Shown here: in pieces, positions 1 through 9,861 of the stretch | Layout: every line of letters begins with the position of its first letter | How positions within the stretch are numbered: the stretch's first letter is position 1 | NCBI GenBank assembly: GCA_963817895.1 | Contig: CAWFQB010000004.1 | Location: 256,001-320,000 of the forward strand | From: an uncultured Chthonomonadaceae bacterium | GTDB taxonomy: Bacteria; Armatimonadota; Chthonomonadetes; Chthonomonadales; Chthonomonadaceae | DNA length: 64,000 nt | Reading direction: 5' to 3' | Made by a program: the position numbers and the translations under genes | The notes under the pieces: generated by a model | What the model was told of the DNA's origin: nothing | Seen by the model: only the letters and a program-made list of their open reading frames with translations | Database searches by the model: none

Positions 1-325
1 CGCGGAGGAGGGGGAATCGGCATCTGAAGGGGAACTCGAAGCCGACAGTAACACGCAAACCGGGAAAACCGAATCGGATTTGCCGGAAGTGGATGGCACG
101 GTTCCCGTCACTTCTCCCCTGGTCGGAACCTTCAAGCCTGCCAAAAATCCGGTAGCGTTAGGCGCGCTCGTCGAGTCGGGGCAGGTTATCGGCATCATCG
201 AAGCCATGAAACTGCCCAACGAAGTGACGGCTCCCTGCGCGGGAAAAGTGGTGGAGGTGTTTGTGGAAGAGGGGCAATTCGTGGAGTACGGGCAGGAGTT
301 GTTCGCGCTGGAACCCCAAAATTAA
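1..325 (+). CDS. accB: Biotin carboxyl carrier protein, 5' end outside or uncertain
   Basis: SPLVGTF...IIEAMKLPNEV biotinylation motif; upstream of accC. Confidence 0.9.
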   Translation, partial: AEEGESASEGELEADSNTQTGKTESDLPEVDGTVPVTSPLVGTFKPAKNPVALGALVESGQVIGIIEAMKLPNEVTAPCAGKVVEVFVEEGQFVEYGQELFALEPQN

Positions 326-339
326 ACATTTTTAATTCA

Positions 340-377
340 GCCCTGTACGCCCGTTTGCGCCGTACAGGGCCTTTTTG
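340..377 (+). terminator. Rho-independent terminator
   Basis: gccctgtacg...cgtacagggc stem followed by a T tract. Confidence 0.65.
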
Positions 378-506
378 CGTCTGTTCGCCGGAACGTAGCG
401 CGTCAAAGCGTCCGATTGTGCTACTATGTTAGTACAACTTTTTCTAGTAACCGCAGAGTGTTCCCCGTTTTCGGATAGTTCAGACTGGAACGAGAAGGAG
501 ACTATT

Positions 507-902
507 ATGTTGCCTCAGAACAGATTACGTTTCTTCAAAACGAACAACGCGCAGGGTGGTTTCGCGCTGATCGAACTGCTGGTCGTGATGGCGCTGATCG
601 TGGTTTTGAGCGCGGGAATGTACAAGTTCTATCTTGGCAAAGGAACCGGCAAGCCCGGTGAAGCCAAAACTCCCATGACTGCCACCTATGACAGCGTATG
701 CCTGCAAAATCTGCGCAGCGTCCGTCAGTGCGTGGAAGCCGCGCATACCGGCGACACGGACACGAAATTCCCCGCCTCGCTCACGGAAATCAAAGAACTC
801 TCGTCTGACCTACGCGCCTGTCCTGAAGGCAAAGAACCCTACGCCTACAATGCCCAAACCGGGGAAGTGCATTGCATCCACCCCGGACATGAAAAATACT
901 AA
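507..902 (+). CDS. Prepilin-type N-terminal cleavage/methylation protein (pseudopilin)
   Basis: G|FALIELLVVM class III signal; SD aaggag before ATG 507; C-terminal Cys pair (CPEG...CIHPGH). Confidence 0.85.
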   Translation: MLPQNRLRFFKTNNAQGGFALIELLVVMALIVVLSAGMYKFYLGKGTGKPGEAKTPMTATYDSVCLQNLRSVRQCVEAAHTGDTDTKFPASLTEIKELSSDLRACPEGKEPYAYNAQTGEVHCIHPGHEKY

Positions 903-907
903 AATGC

Positions 908-1032
908 AGGTTGTTAGTTGTTAGGTTGTTAGGGAAATACCAGAACGTTATGGTTGCTATGTAGTACAGGAACAACCTGACTTACGCGCAAATCTAACAA
1001 CTAACAACCTAACAACTAACAACCTGACAACT
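908..1032. repeat. Inverted short tandem repeat pair (gttgtta / taacaac)
   Basis: Arrays at 908-933 and 994-1032 are reverse complements. Confidence 0.85.
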
Positions 1033-1043
1033 CCCTCCCAACC

Positions 1044-2405
1044 ATGTTTAAAAAAATTTTAATCGCCAATCGCGGCGAAATCGCGGTTCGGATTATCCGC
1101 GCCTGCAAAGAACTGAAAATAAAAACGGTCGCGGTTCATTCGACGGCGGACGAACACTCGCTGCACGTCCACCTTGCCGATGAAGCCGTGTGTATCGGAC
1201 CGCCGCCGCCCCGCGACAGTTATCTCAATGATGTCAATATCATCAGCGCGGCCTTAATTACGGGCGCGGAAGCCATTCATCCAGGCATCGGTTTTCTGTC
1301 CGAGCGGGCCAGTTTCGCGGAAGCCTGCGAAGCGCACGGCTTGAAGTTTATCGGCCCATCCGCTGCGGTGATGGAGCGGATGGGCGACAAATCCGTAGCG
1401 CGGGAAACTATGCGCGCGGCAGGCGTCCCCGTCGTGCCGGGTTCCAACGGCCCGCTGGAAACCGTAGAAGAGGCGCAGCAGTTCGCCCAAAAAATCGGCT
1501 TTCCGCTGCTCATCAAGGCGTCATTGGGCGGCGGCGGCAGGGGAATCCGGCTTGTGCAAAACGAGGACGAGCTGCCGCGCCAGTTTGATATGGCGCGGGC
1601 GGAAGCCGCTTCCTCGTTCGGCAAGCCCGACGTGTATATGGAAAAATTTGTCGAAGAGCCGCGCCACGTCGAGATACAAATATTGGCGGACGAACACGGG
1701 CATGTGGTACATTTAGGGGAGCGCGAATGTTCCATCCAGAATCTGCGCCATCAGAAGGTTATTGAAGAGTCTCCCTGGGAGAAAATGCCCACCAGCCTGC
1801 GAAATAAGATGGGCGACGCGGCGATTCGCGCCGCGAAAGCCATCAATTACGCGAACGCGGGAACCGTAGAGTTTCTCGTGGACGCCAACAATGACTTTTA
1901 TTTTATGGAGATGAACAAGCGGCTTCAGGTGGAACACTGCGTTACCGAACAGGTGACTGGGATTGATCTGGTGAAGCAGCAGTTGCGCATCGCGTCCGGG
2001 GAAAAACTGTCGTTCGGGCAGCGCGATATTAGGTGGGAAGGCCACGCTATCGAGTGCCGCATCAACGCCGAAGACCCCGATAGAAATTTTGCCCCAAGCG
2101 CGGGGCGTATCGAGCGCGTCGTCCTGCCAGGTGGCTACGGCGTCCGCGTGGATACGCACATCACGGCGGGCTACGATGTGCCGCCTTATTACGATCCCCT
2201 GCTGGCAAAAATCATCGTGTGGGACAAAGACCGCATGGGCGCGATTACCCGGATGCAGCGTTGCTTACAGGAAACCGAAATCGTCGGCGTGAAAACAAAC
2301 ATCGCCCTGCAACTCAAAATCCTCGCCAATGCGTTTTACCGGCGCGGCGAACTGTCCACAGACTTTTTACAACGCCGTATCATTGACGGCGGCACTGGTA
2401 AATAG
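1044..2405 (+). CDS. accC: Acetyl-CoA carboxylase biotin carboxylase
   Basis: MFKKILIANRGEIA, GGGGRG, ERECSIQ, RLQVEH motifs. Confidence 0.97.
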   Translation: MFKKILIANRGEIAVRIIRACKELKIKTVAVHSTADEHSLHVHLADEAVCIGPPPPRDSYLNDVNIISAALITGAEAIHPGIGFLSERASFAEACEAHGLKFIGPSAAVMERMGDKSVARETMRAAGVPVVPGSNGPLETVEEAQQFAQKIGFPLLIKASLGGGGRGIRLVQNEDELPRQFDMARAEAASSFGKPDVYMEKFVEEPRHVEIQILADEHGHVVHLGERECSIQNLRHQKVIEESPWEKMPTSLRNKMGDAAIRAAKAINYANAGTVEFLVDANNDFYFMEMNKRLQVEHCVTEQVTGIDLVKQQLRIASGEKLSFGQRDIRWEGHAIECRINAEDPDRNFAPSAGRIERVVLPGGYGVRVDTHITAGYDVPPYYDPLLAKIIVWDKDRMGAITRMQRCLQETEIVGVKTNIALQLKILANAFYRRGELSTDFLQRRIIDGGTGK

Positions 2406-2534
2406 TTTTTGCCGTTGCGCCTCTGGACACATTTTGCCGGGCATTGAAAATACCTGTCTGTGTGGCGTTCCGCCAGGCGTCCTTCGGACGCGATTCACTG
2501 CAAACAAAGGCTGGACACTGGAGAATAACAAGCA

Positions 2535-2735
2535 ATGACAATGCTGGAAACGGCTGAAGAAGTTGTCGGTAAACTGTCTCTTGATGAACTGACTCGTTTC
2601 CGCAAATGGTTTGCGGAGTTCGACGGCAAAGCGTGGGATGAACAGATCGAAGCCGATGCCAATGCGGGCAAACTGGACGCGCTCGCCGAAGAAGCCTTGA
2701 CAGAATATCGCGCAGGCAAGGCAAAAGAGATTTGA
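2535..2735 (+). CDS. Small putative antitoxin
   Basis: WFAEFD..WDEQIEADANAGKLD.LAEEAL pattern; overlaps the start of a downstream toxin-like gene. Confidence 0.7.
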   Translation: MTMLETAEEVVGKLSLDELTRFRKWFAEFDGKAWDEQIEADANAGKLDALAEEALTEYRAGKAKEI

Positions 2736-2994
2736 AGCACCTCGCTTCAGAGCGGTTCTGGCGCTGTTTTGATGCGTTGCCGGAACATATTCAGCAACTC
2801 GCTCGGCGTAACTATGCGCTGTTGCGGCAGAACTCCGCGCATCCCTCCTTGCAGTTCAAGACGGTCAAGGAAGGCAAATACTACAGTGCGCGCGTCGGCC
2901 TGCATTATCGCGCGCGCTCGGCGTAGCTGTGCCGGAAGGGATACTATGGTTCTGGATCGGCCCTCATGCGCAGTACGACCATCTGATTGCGTGA
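2732..2994 (+). CDS. ParE/RelE-like toxin, frameshift at the (cg)n run near 2910
   Basis: FWRCFDALP...HPSLQFK...SARVGLHYRA continues in another frame as LGVAVPEGILWFWIGPHAQYDHLIA*. Confidence 0.75.
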
Positions 2995-3051
2995 AGCAGT
3001 TCCGAAAGTATCGCGGCCTTTCTACGGGATTGGGAAGTTTGATTTTGGAAT

Positions 3052-5601
3052 ATGAATATTATTTCCAGACATTTGAAAACTTGTTATACCATTGGAGCGG
3101 TTATGACCGTAGGGCTGTTTTCCACTCTGGTTATTGCGGCAAGCTTGCCACCGTCTGCCAAAAGCATCGGTATTAAAGAGGATGGCGGGGAGGCGCAATT
3201 TCGTCAGGAGATTCAGCCGCTTCTCAAAAAGTATTGCTACGCCTGTCACGCGGGCGGGGCGAAATCCGGTAACGTGTCTTTTGATGAAGTCAAATCGTAT
3301 GCGGCGTTGCGGCAAAATCGCAAACTTTTCGAGCGGGTCTTGAAGAATTTGCGCAGCGGGCTGATGCCGCCGATGGGTATGGAACAGCCGCCGGAGACAG
3401 CAAAGCGCAGCATCGAGCAGTGGATTAAAACGCATGTTTACGAGATAAATCCCGCCAACCCCGATCCGGGGCGCGTCACCGTGCGCCGCCTAAATCGCGT
3501 CGAATACGGCAATACCGTTCACGATCTCATGGGCGTTAATTTCGATACGCAAACGGAGTTCCCCGCCGATGACGCGGGACACGGTTTCGACAACATCAGC
3601 GACGCTCTTACCCTGTCGCCTCTGCTGATGGAAAAATACCTCAACACCGCCCAAACCATCGTGTCGCAGGCGGTTCCCACAGCCTCAAAGGTGGTCGCGG
3701 AAACCGAGATTTCCGGCGGCAGTTTCGCGCGGGAGGGCGCAACGTCTGCAACGGATAAAGCCGGCGATTTCCGTTCGCTGTCCTACTACGAGCCGGCGAC
3801 GGTTGCCCATACCCTGCAAGTCGAACATCCCGGCAATTATCAGCTTGTTCTGGATATGTCCGCCAATGAGCGGTATGTTGACAATGTATTCGATTACAAC
3901 CGCTGCCGACTTATCATCAAATCCGATGGTCAGGAGTTGTTGCGCAGAGACTACAACCGCGAAGGCGGCAAGCGCCTGCATTTCGAATTCGATCAGAAAT
4001 GGCAGGCGGGTGGGCATAATCTTTCGTTTGAAGTTCAGCCGTTGACGCCGGGGACGGAGCAGGTTCGCGCGCTCACGTTGCGCATCAATAAAGTGACCCT
4101 GCGCGGCCCGATGAACGCGAAATACGAGGTGGAGCCGCGTAACTACCGCGCCTTCTTCCCCAAACCGGTTCCCGCTTCTGCCCCGGAACGCCGGGCCTAT
4201 GCGCGCGAACTGCTCAACAATTTTGCCCGCCGCGCGTTCCGCCGTCCTGTGGAGGCGAAAACGCTTGTCCGGCTTGTCGCGTTGGCGGAGGGCGTTTACA
4301 CCCAACCCGGCCAGACATTCGAGGGGGGCATTGCGCAGGCTATGGCCGCTGTTCTCGCTTCGCCCCGGTTCCTGTTCCGCGAAGAGGGCGTTGCAGTCGA
4401 AAAGAGTAACCATTCGTATGCTCTGATAGATGAGTACGCCCTTGCGTCGCGCCTCTCCTACTTTTTGTGGTCTTCCATGCCGGATGATGAACTGTTCCGG
4501 CTGGCCGGTCAGGGACAACTGCGAAAAAACATGGCCTCACAGGTGAAGCGCATGTTGCAGGACCATCGTTCAGAAGCCTTGATTCAGAACTTCAGCGGGC
4601 AATGGCTGCAAACGCGCGACATTGAGAAGGTCGCCATCAATCCCTTTGCCGTGCTGAACCGTGAGGCTGACCCGACTGCGAGTGGGCAGGGGAATAATGG
4701 GCGTCGTGGCGGCAACCGCCCCCGCGTTCGGTTCGACGATCCGTTGCGCAAAGATTTACGGCGCGAAGCGGACATGTACTTCGGGCATATCGTCCGCGAA
4801 GATCGCAGCGTTTGCGAACTGATTGACAGCGACTACACGTTCCTCAATGCGCGTCTGGCGCAGTATTACGGGATTGCGGATACGGGAATAACCGGTGATG
4901 ACTTCCGCAAGGTCACGCTTCCCGCCAACAGCCCACGCGGCGGAATGTTGACGATGGGCAGCGTTCTGGCGGTCACTTCCAACCCAACGCGCACATCGCC
5001 CGTCAAGCGCGGCCTGTTTATTCTAGACAACATTCTCGGCGCGCCCGCCCCGCCCCCGCCGCCGGATATTCCGCCGCTCGAAGCCGCCGCGACGGGTTTG
5101 AAAAACAGTAAGCCGACACTGCGCGAAATTTTAACGGCGCACCGCAGCAAGCCGGAGTGCGCGTCGTGCCATCAGCGTCTCGACCCGCCCGGACTGGCTC
5201 TGGAAAACTTCAACGCGCTCGGCTTATACCGCGACAAAGAGTTCGGCCAGCCGATTGAACCCGGCGGAACGCTGGTAACGGGCGAGTCCTTCAAAGACAT
5301 TCGCGAGTTGAAGCATATTCTGGTCAGTCGCCACAGCGCGGAGTTTTACCGCTGCCTGACCGAAAAACTGCTCACCTACGCTTTGGGACGCGGGCTGGAA
5401 GATTATGATGTAGAATCAGTAGACCGCATTGTAAAACGAATGGAACAGGACAAGGGACAATTCTCCACTCTCCTGACAGGCGTAATCGAATCCGCGCCCT
5501 TCCAAAAGTGCCGAAATACATCTGCGATAGCAGACATTAAGCCTTCAAAGCAGGAGTTGTCCTCGCAAAAATTGAAGGTGGCCGCAATAAAAATCAAGTA
5601 G
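3052..5601 (+). CDS. DUF1592/1588/1585/1587/1595 planctomycete-type cytochrome-like protein
   Basis: CYACH and CASCH motifs, RRLNRVEY, RTSPVKRG, LLTYALGR. Confidence 0.9.
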   Translation: MNIISRHLKTCYTIGAVMTVGLFSTLVIAASLPPSAKSIGIKEDGGEAQFRQEIQPLLKKYCYACHAGGAKSGNVSFDEVKSYAALRQNRKLFERVLKNLRSGLMPPMGMEQPPETAKRSIEQWIKTHVYEINPANPDPGRVTVRRLNRVEYGNTVHDLMGVNFDTQTEFPADDAGHGFDNISDALTLSPLLMEKYLNTAQTIVSQAVPTASKVVAETEISGGSFAREGATSATDKAGDFRSLSYYEPATVAHTLQVEHPGNYQLVLDMSANERYVDNVFDYNRCRLIIKSDGQELLRRDYNREGGKRLHFEFDQKWQAGGHNLSFEVQPLTPGTEQVRALTLRINKVTLRGPMNAKYEVEPRNYRAFFPKPVPASAPERRAYARELLNNFARRAFRRPVEAKTLVRLVALAEGVYTQPGQTFEGGIAQAMAAVLASPRFLFREEGVAVEKSNHSYALIDEYALASRLSYFLWSSMPDDELFRLAGQGQLRKNMASQVKRMLQDHRSEALIQNFSGQWLQTRDIEKVAINPFAVLNREADPTASGQGNNGRRGGNRPRVRFDDPLRKDLRREADMYFGHIVREDRSVCELIDSDYTFLNARLAQYYGIADTGITGDDFRKVTLPANSPRGGMLTMGSVLAVTSNPTRTSPVKRGLFILDNILGAPAPPPPPDIPPLEAAATGLKNSKPTLREILTAHRSKPECASCHQRLDPPGLALENFNALGLYRDKEFGQPIEPGGTLVTGESFKDIRELKHILVSRHSAEFYRCLTEKLLTYALGRGLEDYDVESVDRIVKRMEQDKGQFSTLLTGVIESAPFQKCRNTSAIADIKPSKQELSSQKLKVAAIKIK

Positions 5602-5629
5602 AGGGCCAGTTTGAAAGGAAGCCAAAGCC

Positions 5630-7042
5630 ATGAAAGAGGATCGCGCTATGCAGGCGGAGATTGCCGCGCGGCAACGGGATAGTTTCAGCAGACGCGCCTT
5701 TCTGCGCGGGGCCGGGGTGTGCCTCGCCCTGCCTGCTCTGGAATCGCTGCTGCCGGGGAATGCGCTTGCCGCCCTCACGGACGCAGGCGCGAAAACCGGC
5801 GGGTTGGCGACAACGGCAACCGGCGCGCCCCTGCGTACCGCGTATATTTATTTCCCAAATGGCGCGATTCAGTCCAACTGGTGGCCAGGCGGAACCGGGG
5901 CCAACTTCAAACTGAACGCCACGCTTCAGCCCCTTGAATCCCTTCGCCAGCATATTCGCGTGTTGGGAGGACTGGATCACGCCTGCGCGGTGGGCGGAGC
6001 CGATGGCGGGGGCGACCATGCCCGCGCAAACGCCGTTTTCCTGTCCGGCGTCCGTCCGAAAAAAAGCGCGACCGACATTCACCTCGGCGTGTCCATTGAC
6101 CAGATAATGGCGCGTCAGGTGGGGCATCTGACCCGCTTGCCGTCGCTGGAATTGACGTGCGATGACACCCGCAAATCTTCTGCCTGCGACTCGGATTACG
6201 CCTGCGCCTACCAGTACAACATTTCGTGGAGTTCGCCCACCACGCCGGTTGCGGCAGAGGCCAATCCGCGCCTTGCTTTCGAGCGTTTGTTTGGGACGGG
6301 TGCGCCCGGTGAGCGCGCGGAGAACACCAAACGCCGCCAACTCGCGCAAAAATCCGTGCTTGATTTTGTGATGGACGATGCCCGCAGTATGCAGCAGCGG
6401 TTGGGCGGGAATGACAAAGCCAAACTGGAGCAGTACCTGACCGGAGTGCGGGAAATCGAGGCGCGTATCCAGAAGGCGGAACGCTTTGGAACCGCGCATG
6501 ACCCGGCAGTAGAAACCCCGTCAGGCATACCTTCAGATCAGGCGGAGTACGTCGGCATCATGTACGACCTGATGGTCATGGCCTTTCAGACTGATTCCAC
6601 CCGCGTCGCCTCCTTCTGTCTGGCGCACGACGGCGATAACCGCTCGTTCAGCCACATCGGAATTCCCGAAGGTCACCACGACCTGTCCCATCATCAAAAT
6701 GACCCGGATCGCGTGGCGAAAGTGGCAAAGATAGACCTCTGGTACGTGCAGCAGTTCGCCGCCTTTTTGACGAAACTGCGCGACACGAAAGATATAGATG
6801 GCAACTCCCTGCTTCACAATTCCATGATCGTGTACGGCAGCGGCGACGCGGACGGCAATAGCCACACCCACAGTAATCTGCCGATTGTGCTTGCGGGCAG
6901 TGGCGGCGGCACTCTGTCCCCCTCCGGTTACACAAGTTACAAATCTACGCCCGCCTGCAACCTGTACCTGAGTCTGTCCGACCGCATGGGCCTGAAAAAT
7001 CTGGAACGGTTCGGGGACTCTACAGGAAGAATCAGCATCTAA
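5630..7042 (+). CDS. DUF1552 domain protein (Tat-like signal)
   Basis: SRRAFLRGAG.LALP.LE, YFPNG, SIDQ, DSTRV, HHDLSHH; usual partner of DUF1592. Confidence 0.9.
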   Translation: MKEDRAMQAEIAARQRDSFSRRAFLRGAGVCLALPALESLLPGNALAALTDAGAKTGGLATTATGAPLRTAYIYFPNGAIQSNWWPGGTGANFKLNATLQPLESLRQHIRVLGGLDHACAVGGADGGGDHARANAVFLSGVRPKKSATDIHLGVSIDQIMARQVGHLTRLPSLELTCDDTRKSSACDSDYACAYQYNISWSSPTTPVAAEANPRLAFERLFGTGAPGERAENTKRRQLAQKSVLDFVMDDARSMQQRLGGNDKAKLEQYLTGVREIEARIQKAERFGTAHDPAVETPSGIPSDQAEYVGIMYDLMVMAFQTDSTRVASFCLAHDGDNRSFSHIGIPEGHHDLSHHQNDPDRVAKVAKIDLWYVQQFAAFLTKLRDTKDIDGNSLLHNSMIVYGSGDADGNSHTHSNLPIVLAGSGGGTLSPSGYTSYKSTPACNLYLSLSDRMGLKNLERFGDSTGRISI

Positions 7043-7123
7043 ACCCAATACCGTTCAAATAAGAGTTCGTAGTGACACAACTTGTTGTGTCCTCCTCCAA
7101 TTTACGAGAAGGCGACAAAACCA

Positions 7124-8044
7124 ATGCGTATAAAACTTCTTATCGGTCTGGCCCTGCTTGCGCTTCCGCTTGCGCTCCCGATGCCGGGAACAGCGCAGGG
7201 AACTCCGCAGGCCGCAACTCAAAACGGTACTGCAAACGCGCATCCCGTCGTGTATCTGTGGCCCAACGGCGCGCCCGGTTTCGAGTCGCGCAAAGACATA
7301 CCCGAACAGGCGGCGAGTTACTGGGTGAAGGGCGTGAACAACCCGTCCCTTACCGTGTTTCTGCCTCCGAAAGAAAAGGCGACCGGGGCGGCGGTAATCC
7401 TGTGTCCCGGCGGCGGCTTTCGGGAACTCGGATTTATCCCCGAAGGGATTCAGGCGGCGGAGTATTTCAACAGCATCGGCGTGGCCGCCTTTGCCCTCAA
7501 ATACCGCCTGCCCCGCGAGCCGGGTTCCGTTTACAACATGACGCACCCCCGTCAGGACGGATTACGCGCTATGCGATTAGTGCGCAGTCGGGCGACGGAA
7601 TGGGGCATTGACCCGAACCGAATCGGCATGGTGGGCTTTTCGGCGGGCGGCGAAGTGGTTTCCATGACCGCGTTTAGCGACAATGCCGGAGATACGAGCG
7701 CCACCGATCCCATTGATAAACTCAGCGCGCGTCCTGATTTTATTGCGGAGATTTATCCGGGCGGCGCGGGAATTCCCCAATCCCTGCCTCCTAACGCGCC
7801 GACAGCGTTCCTGCTTGTAGCGAACGATGACGACCACACGGATTCTGTGTTAAAAATTTTTCGCCTGTACCGGGAAGCCAAACTTCCCGTCGAGGTTCAT
7901 GTTTTCACCAAAGGCCAGCACGCTTTCAACATGGGCAGCCGCTCGAAACTGAAAACGATCAAAAACTGGCCGCAGCGACTGGCGGATTGGATGGGCGACA
8001 ACAACCTGCTCGACCCCGCCGTACCCGCCAAAAATGCCAGATAA
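7124..8044 (+). CDS. Secreted alpha/beta hydrolase (esterase)
   Basis: Signal peptide, CPGGG, GFSAGG, C-terminal His. Confidence 0.85.
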   Translation: MRIKLLIGLALLALPLALPMPGTAQGTPQAATQNGTANAHPVVYLWPNGAPGFESRKDIPEQAASYWVKGVNNPSLTVFLPPKEKATGAAVILCPGGGFRELGFIPEGIQAAEYFNSIGVAAFALKYRLPREPGSVYNMTHPRQDGLRAMRLVRSRATEWGIDPNRIGMVGFSAGGEVVSMTAFSDNAGDTSATDPIDKLSARPDFIAEIYPGGAGIPQSLPPNAPTAFLLVANDDDHTDSVLKIFRLYREAKLPVEVHVFTKGQHAFNMGSRSKLKTIKNWPQRLADWMGDNNLLDPAVPAKNAR

Positions 8045-8074
8045 TCGGCATCATGCGCAAAACAGGGATATGGT

Positions 8075-8356
8075 ATGTTCGTTTACACGCAGGAAAACAT
8101 TCAAACGCGTTCGCAACTCAAGCAGATCGTCAACCTTGCGCAGTGCAGCCATATCACTATTTTGCTGTCGGACAAGCACTACATCATTGCGCATTTCGGC
8201 AAGGAAGAGCGTGTGCCGCTGGCAAAAGCCGATACCTTGCCGGAAGCGGAAGGGTTGCTGCGCCTGATCTTGCAGTCTATCGCCAATCAAGTTCCTACGC
8301 TGGACTTGACTGAACCCAACGTCGAAGGGATGCGTCGCTCACTGTCGCCGCGATAG
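8075..8356 (+). CDS. Hypothetical protein
   Basis: 93 aa ORF filling the gap between co-oriented genes. Confidence 0.55.
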   Translation: MFVYTQENIQTRSQLKQIVNLAQCSHITILLSDKHYIIAHFGKEERVPLAKADTLPEAEGLLRLILQSIANQVPTLDLTEPNVEGMRRSLSPR

Positions 8357-8396
8357 TCTCTACAATTCCAAATACCAAACGGGGAGAGTACAAATA

Positions 8397-9725
8397 ATGA
8401 AGTTTAACTCTATCGTGTGTGCCGGTCTACTCGCGGCAAGTTTGTCCGCTGTTGCGCCAATCGCGGCGCGGGCGGCGGAACCACGCGCCGCCCATGCGCC
8501 GCGCAAAGCCGCAACGTTCTTCCTCAAAGACAATGACCGCGTGGTGTTCTATGGCGACAGCATCACGGATCAGCGCCAGTACACCACGTATATCGAAAGC
8601 TACTGCGTCACCCGTTTTCCGAAAAAGAATCTTACGTTTGTTCATTCGGGATGGGGCGGGGATCGGGTCACGGGTGGCGGCGGCGGTCCGATTGATCTGC
8701 GCCTGCAACGCGACGTGCTGCCGTACAAGCCCACTGTGGTAACGATCTGTCTGGGCATGAACGACGGAAGTTACAAGGCTTTCGACCAGAACATTTTCAA
8801 CACCTACGTCAGCGGCTATCGCCATATCATCGAAACGCTGCAAAAGGAGTTGCCGGGTGTCCGCCTGACCCTGATTACCGCGTCCGCGTATGATGATGTG
8901 ACCAAAACGCCCGGATTTGCGGGGGGCTACAACAGCACGCTTGTGGCGTATGGCGAGGCTGTCCGAGAACTGGGACATGAGTACAACATTCCCGTCGCCG
9001 ATACCAACGCGCCCCTTGTCGCCGCCCTGAGCCGCGCCAATACGGTCAATCCGGCTGTGGCTTCCAAAATTATGCCGGATCGCGTTCATCCGCAGCATGG
9101 CGGGCATCTGATTATGGCGGCTGCCGTGCTGAAAGCCTGGAACGCGCCCGCCACTGTCGCCGACATTGAAATCAACGCGCAAAACGGGCAGGTGACGCGG
9201 GCGGAAAATACCAAAGTTTCCAGTGTATCCACGAGTGGCGACACGCTTGCCTTTACGGAACAGGACATCGCGCTTCCCTGGCCGCTCGACCGCGACCCGG
9301 AACGCGATCAGGATACGCAGTTGTCGCTTGGCGTGACGGAAATCGAGCAGGATTTAAACCGCTACATGCTGAAAGTAACGGGGCTGAAATCCGCCCGCTA
9401 TCAGATGTCAGTTGACGGCAAGGCTCTCGGAACCTTCGCGAGCGGCGACCTTGCCAACGGTATTGACCTTGCCGCCATCACCGCCCTTCCCTCCAACGAG
9501 CAGGCGCGATTGGTGCTGGGCGTAACACGCAAGCACAACGACCTGCATTTCCGCAAGTGGCGCGAAATCCAGTTGGGCAACAAGCGCAAGGGCATTGACG
9601 ATGTTCCCGCCGACGCGCGGACGCAAATGGACGCTCTGGACGCGCAGGAAGTGGATGCCGTCAAGGAGCAACGCGCCCTGGCGCAGCCCCGCCCGCACCG
9701 CGTCGAGTTGAAGCCGGAAGCGTAG
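8397..9725 (+). CDS. SGNH/GDSL hydrolase
   Basis: GDSIT, GMND, DRVHP; signal peptide. Confidence 0.9.
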   Translation: MKFNSIVCAGLLAASLSAVAPIAARAAEPRAAHAPRKAATFFLKDNDRVVFYGDSITDQRQYTTYIESYCVTRFPKKNLTFVHSGWGGDRVTGGGGGPIDLRLQRDVLPYKPTVVTICLGMNDGSYKAFDQNIFNTYVSGYRHIIETLQKELPGVRLTLITASAYDDVTKTPGFAGGYNSTLVAYGEAVRELGHEYNIPVADTNAPLVAALSRANTVNPAVASKIMPDRVHPQHGGHLIMAAAVLKAWNAPATVADIEINAQNGQVTRAENTKVSSVSTSGDTLAFTEQDIALPWPLDRDPERDQDTQLSLGVTEIEQDLNRYMLKVTGLKSARYQMSVDGKALGTFASGDLANGIDLAAITALPSNEQARLVLGVTRKHNDLHFRKWREIQLGNKRKGIDDVPADARTQMDALDAQEVDAVKEQRALAQPRPHRVELKPEA

Positions 9726-9728
9726 GAC

Positions 9729-9861
9729 AAAGGATGAAGGATGAAGGATGAAGGATGAAGACTGCTTGTTTCCCCACGTCGTAAATGATGCAGAACATGA
9801 TCCAGCAGACGTTGGCGATGCAGACGATTTTTCATCCTTCATCCTTCATCCTTCATCCTTT
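9729..9861. repeat. 31 bp perfect inverted repeat built from (aggatga)n
   Basis: 9729-9759 is the reverse complement of 9831-9861. Confidence 0.9.
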
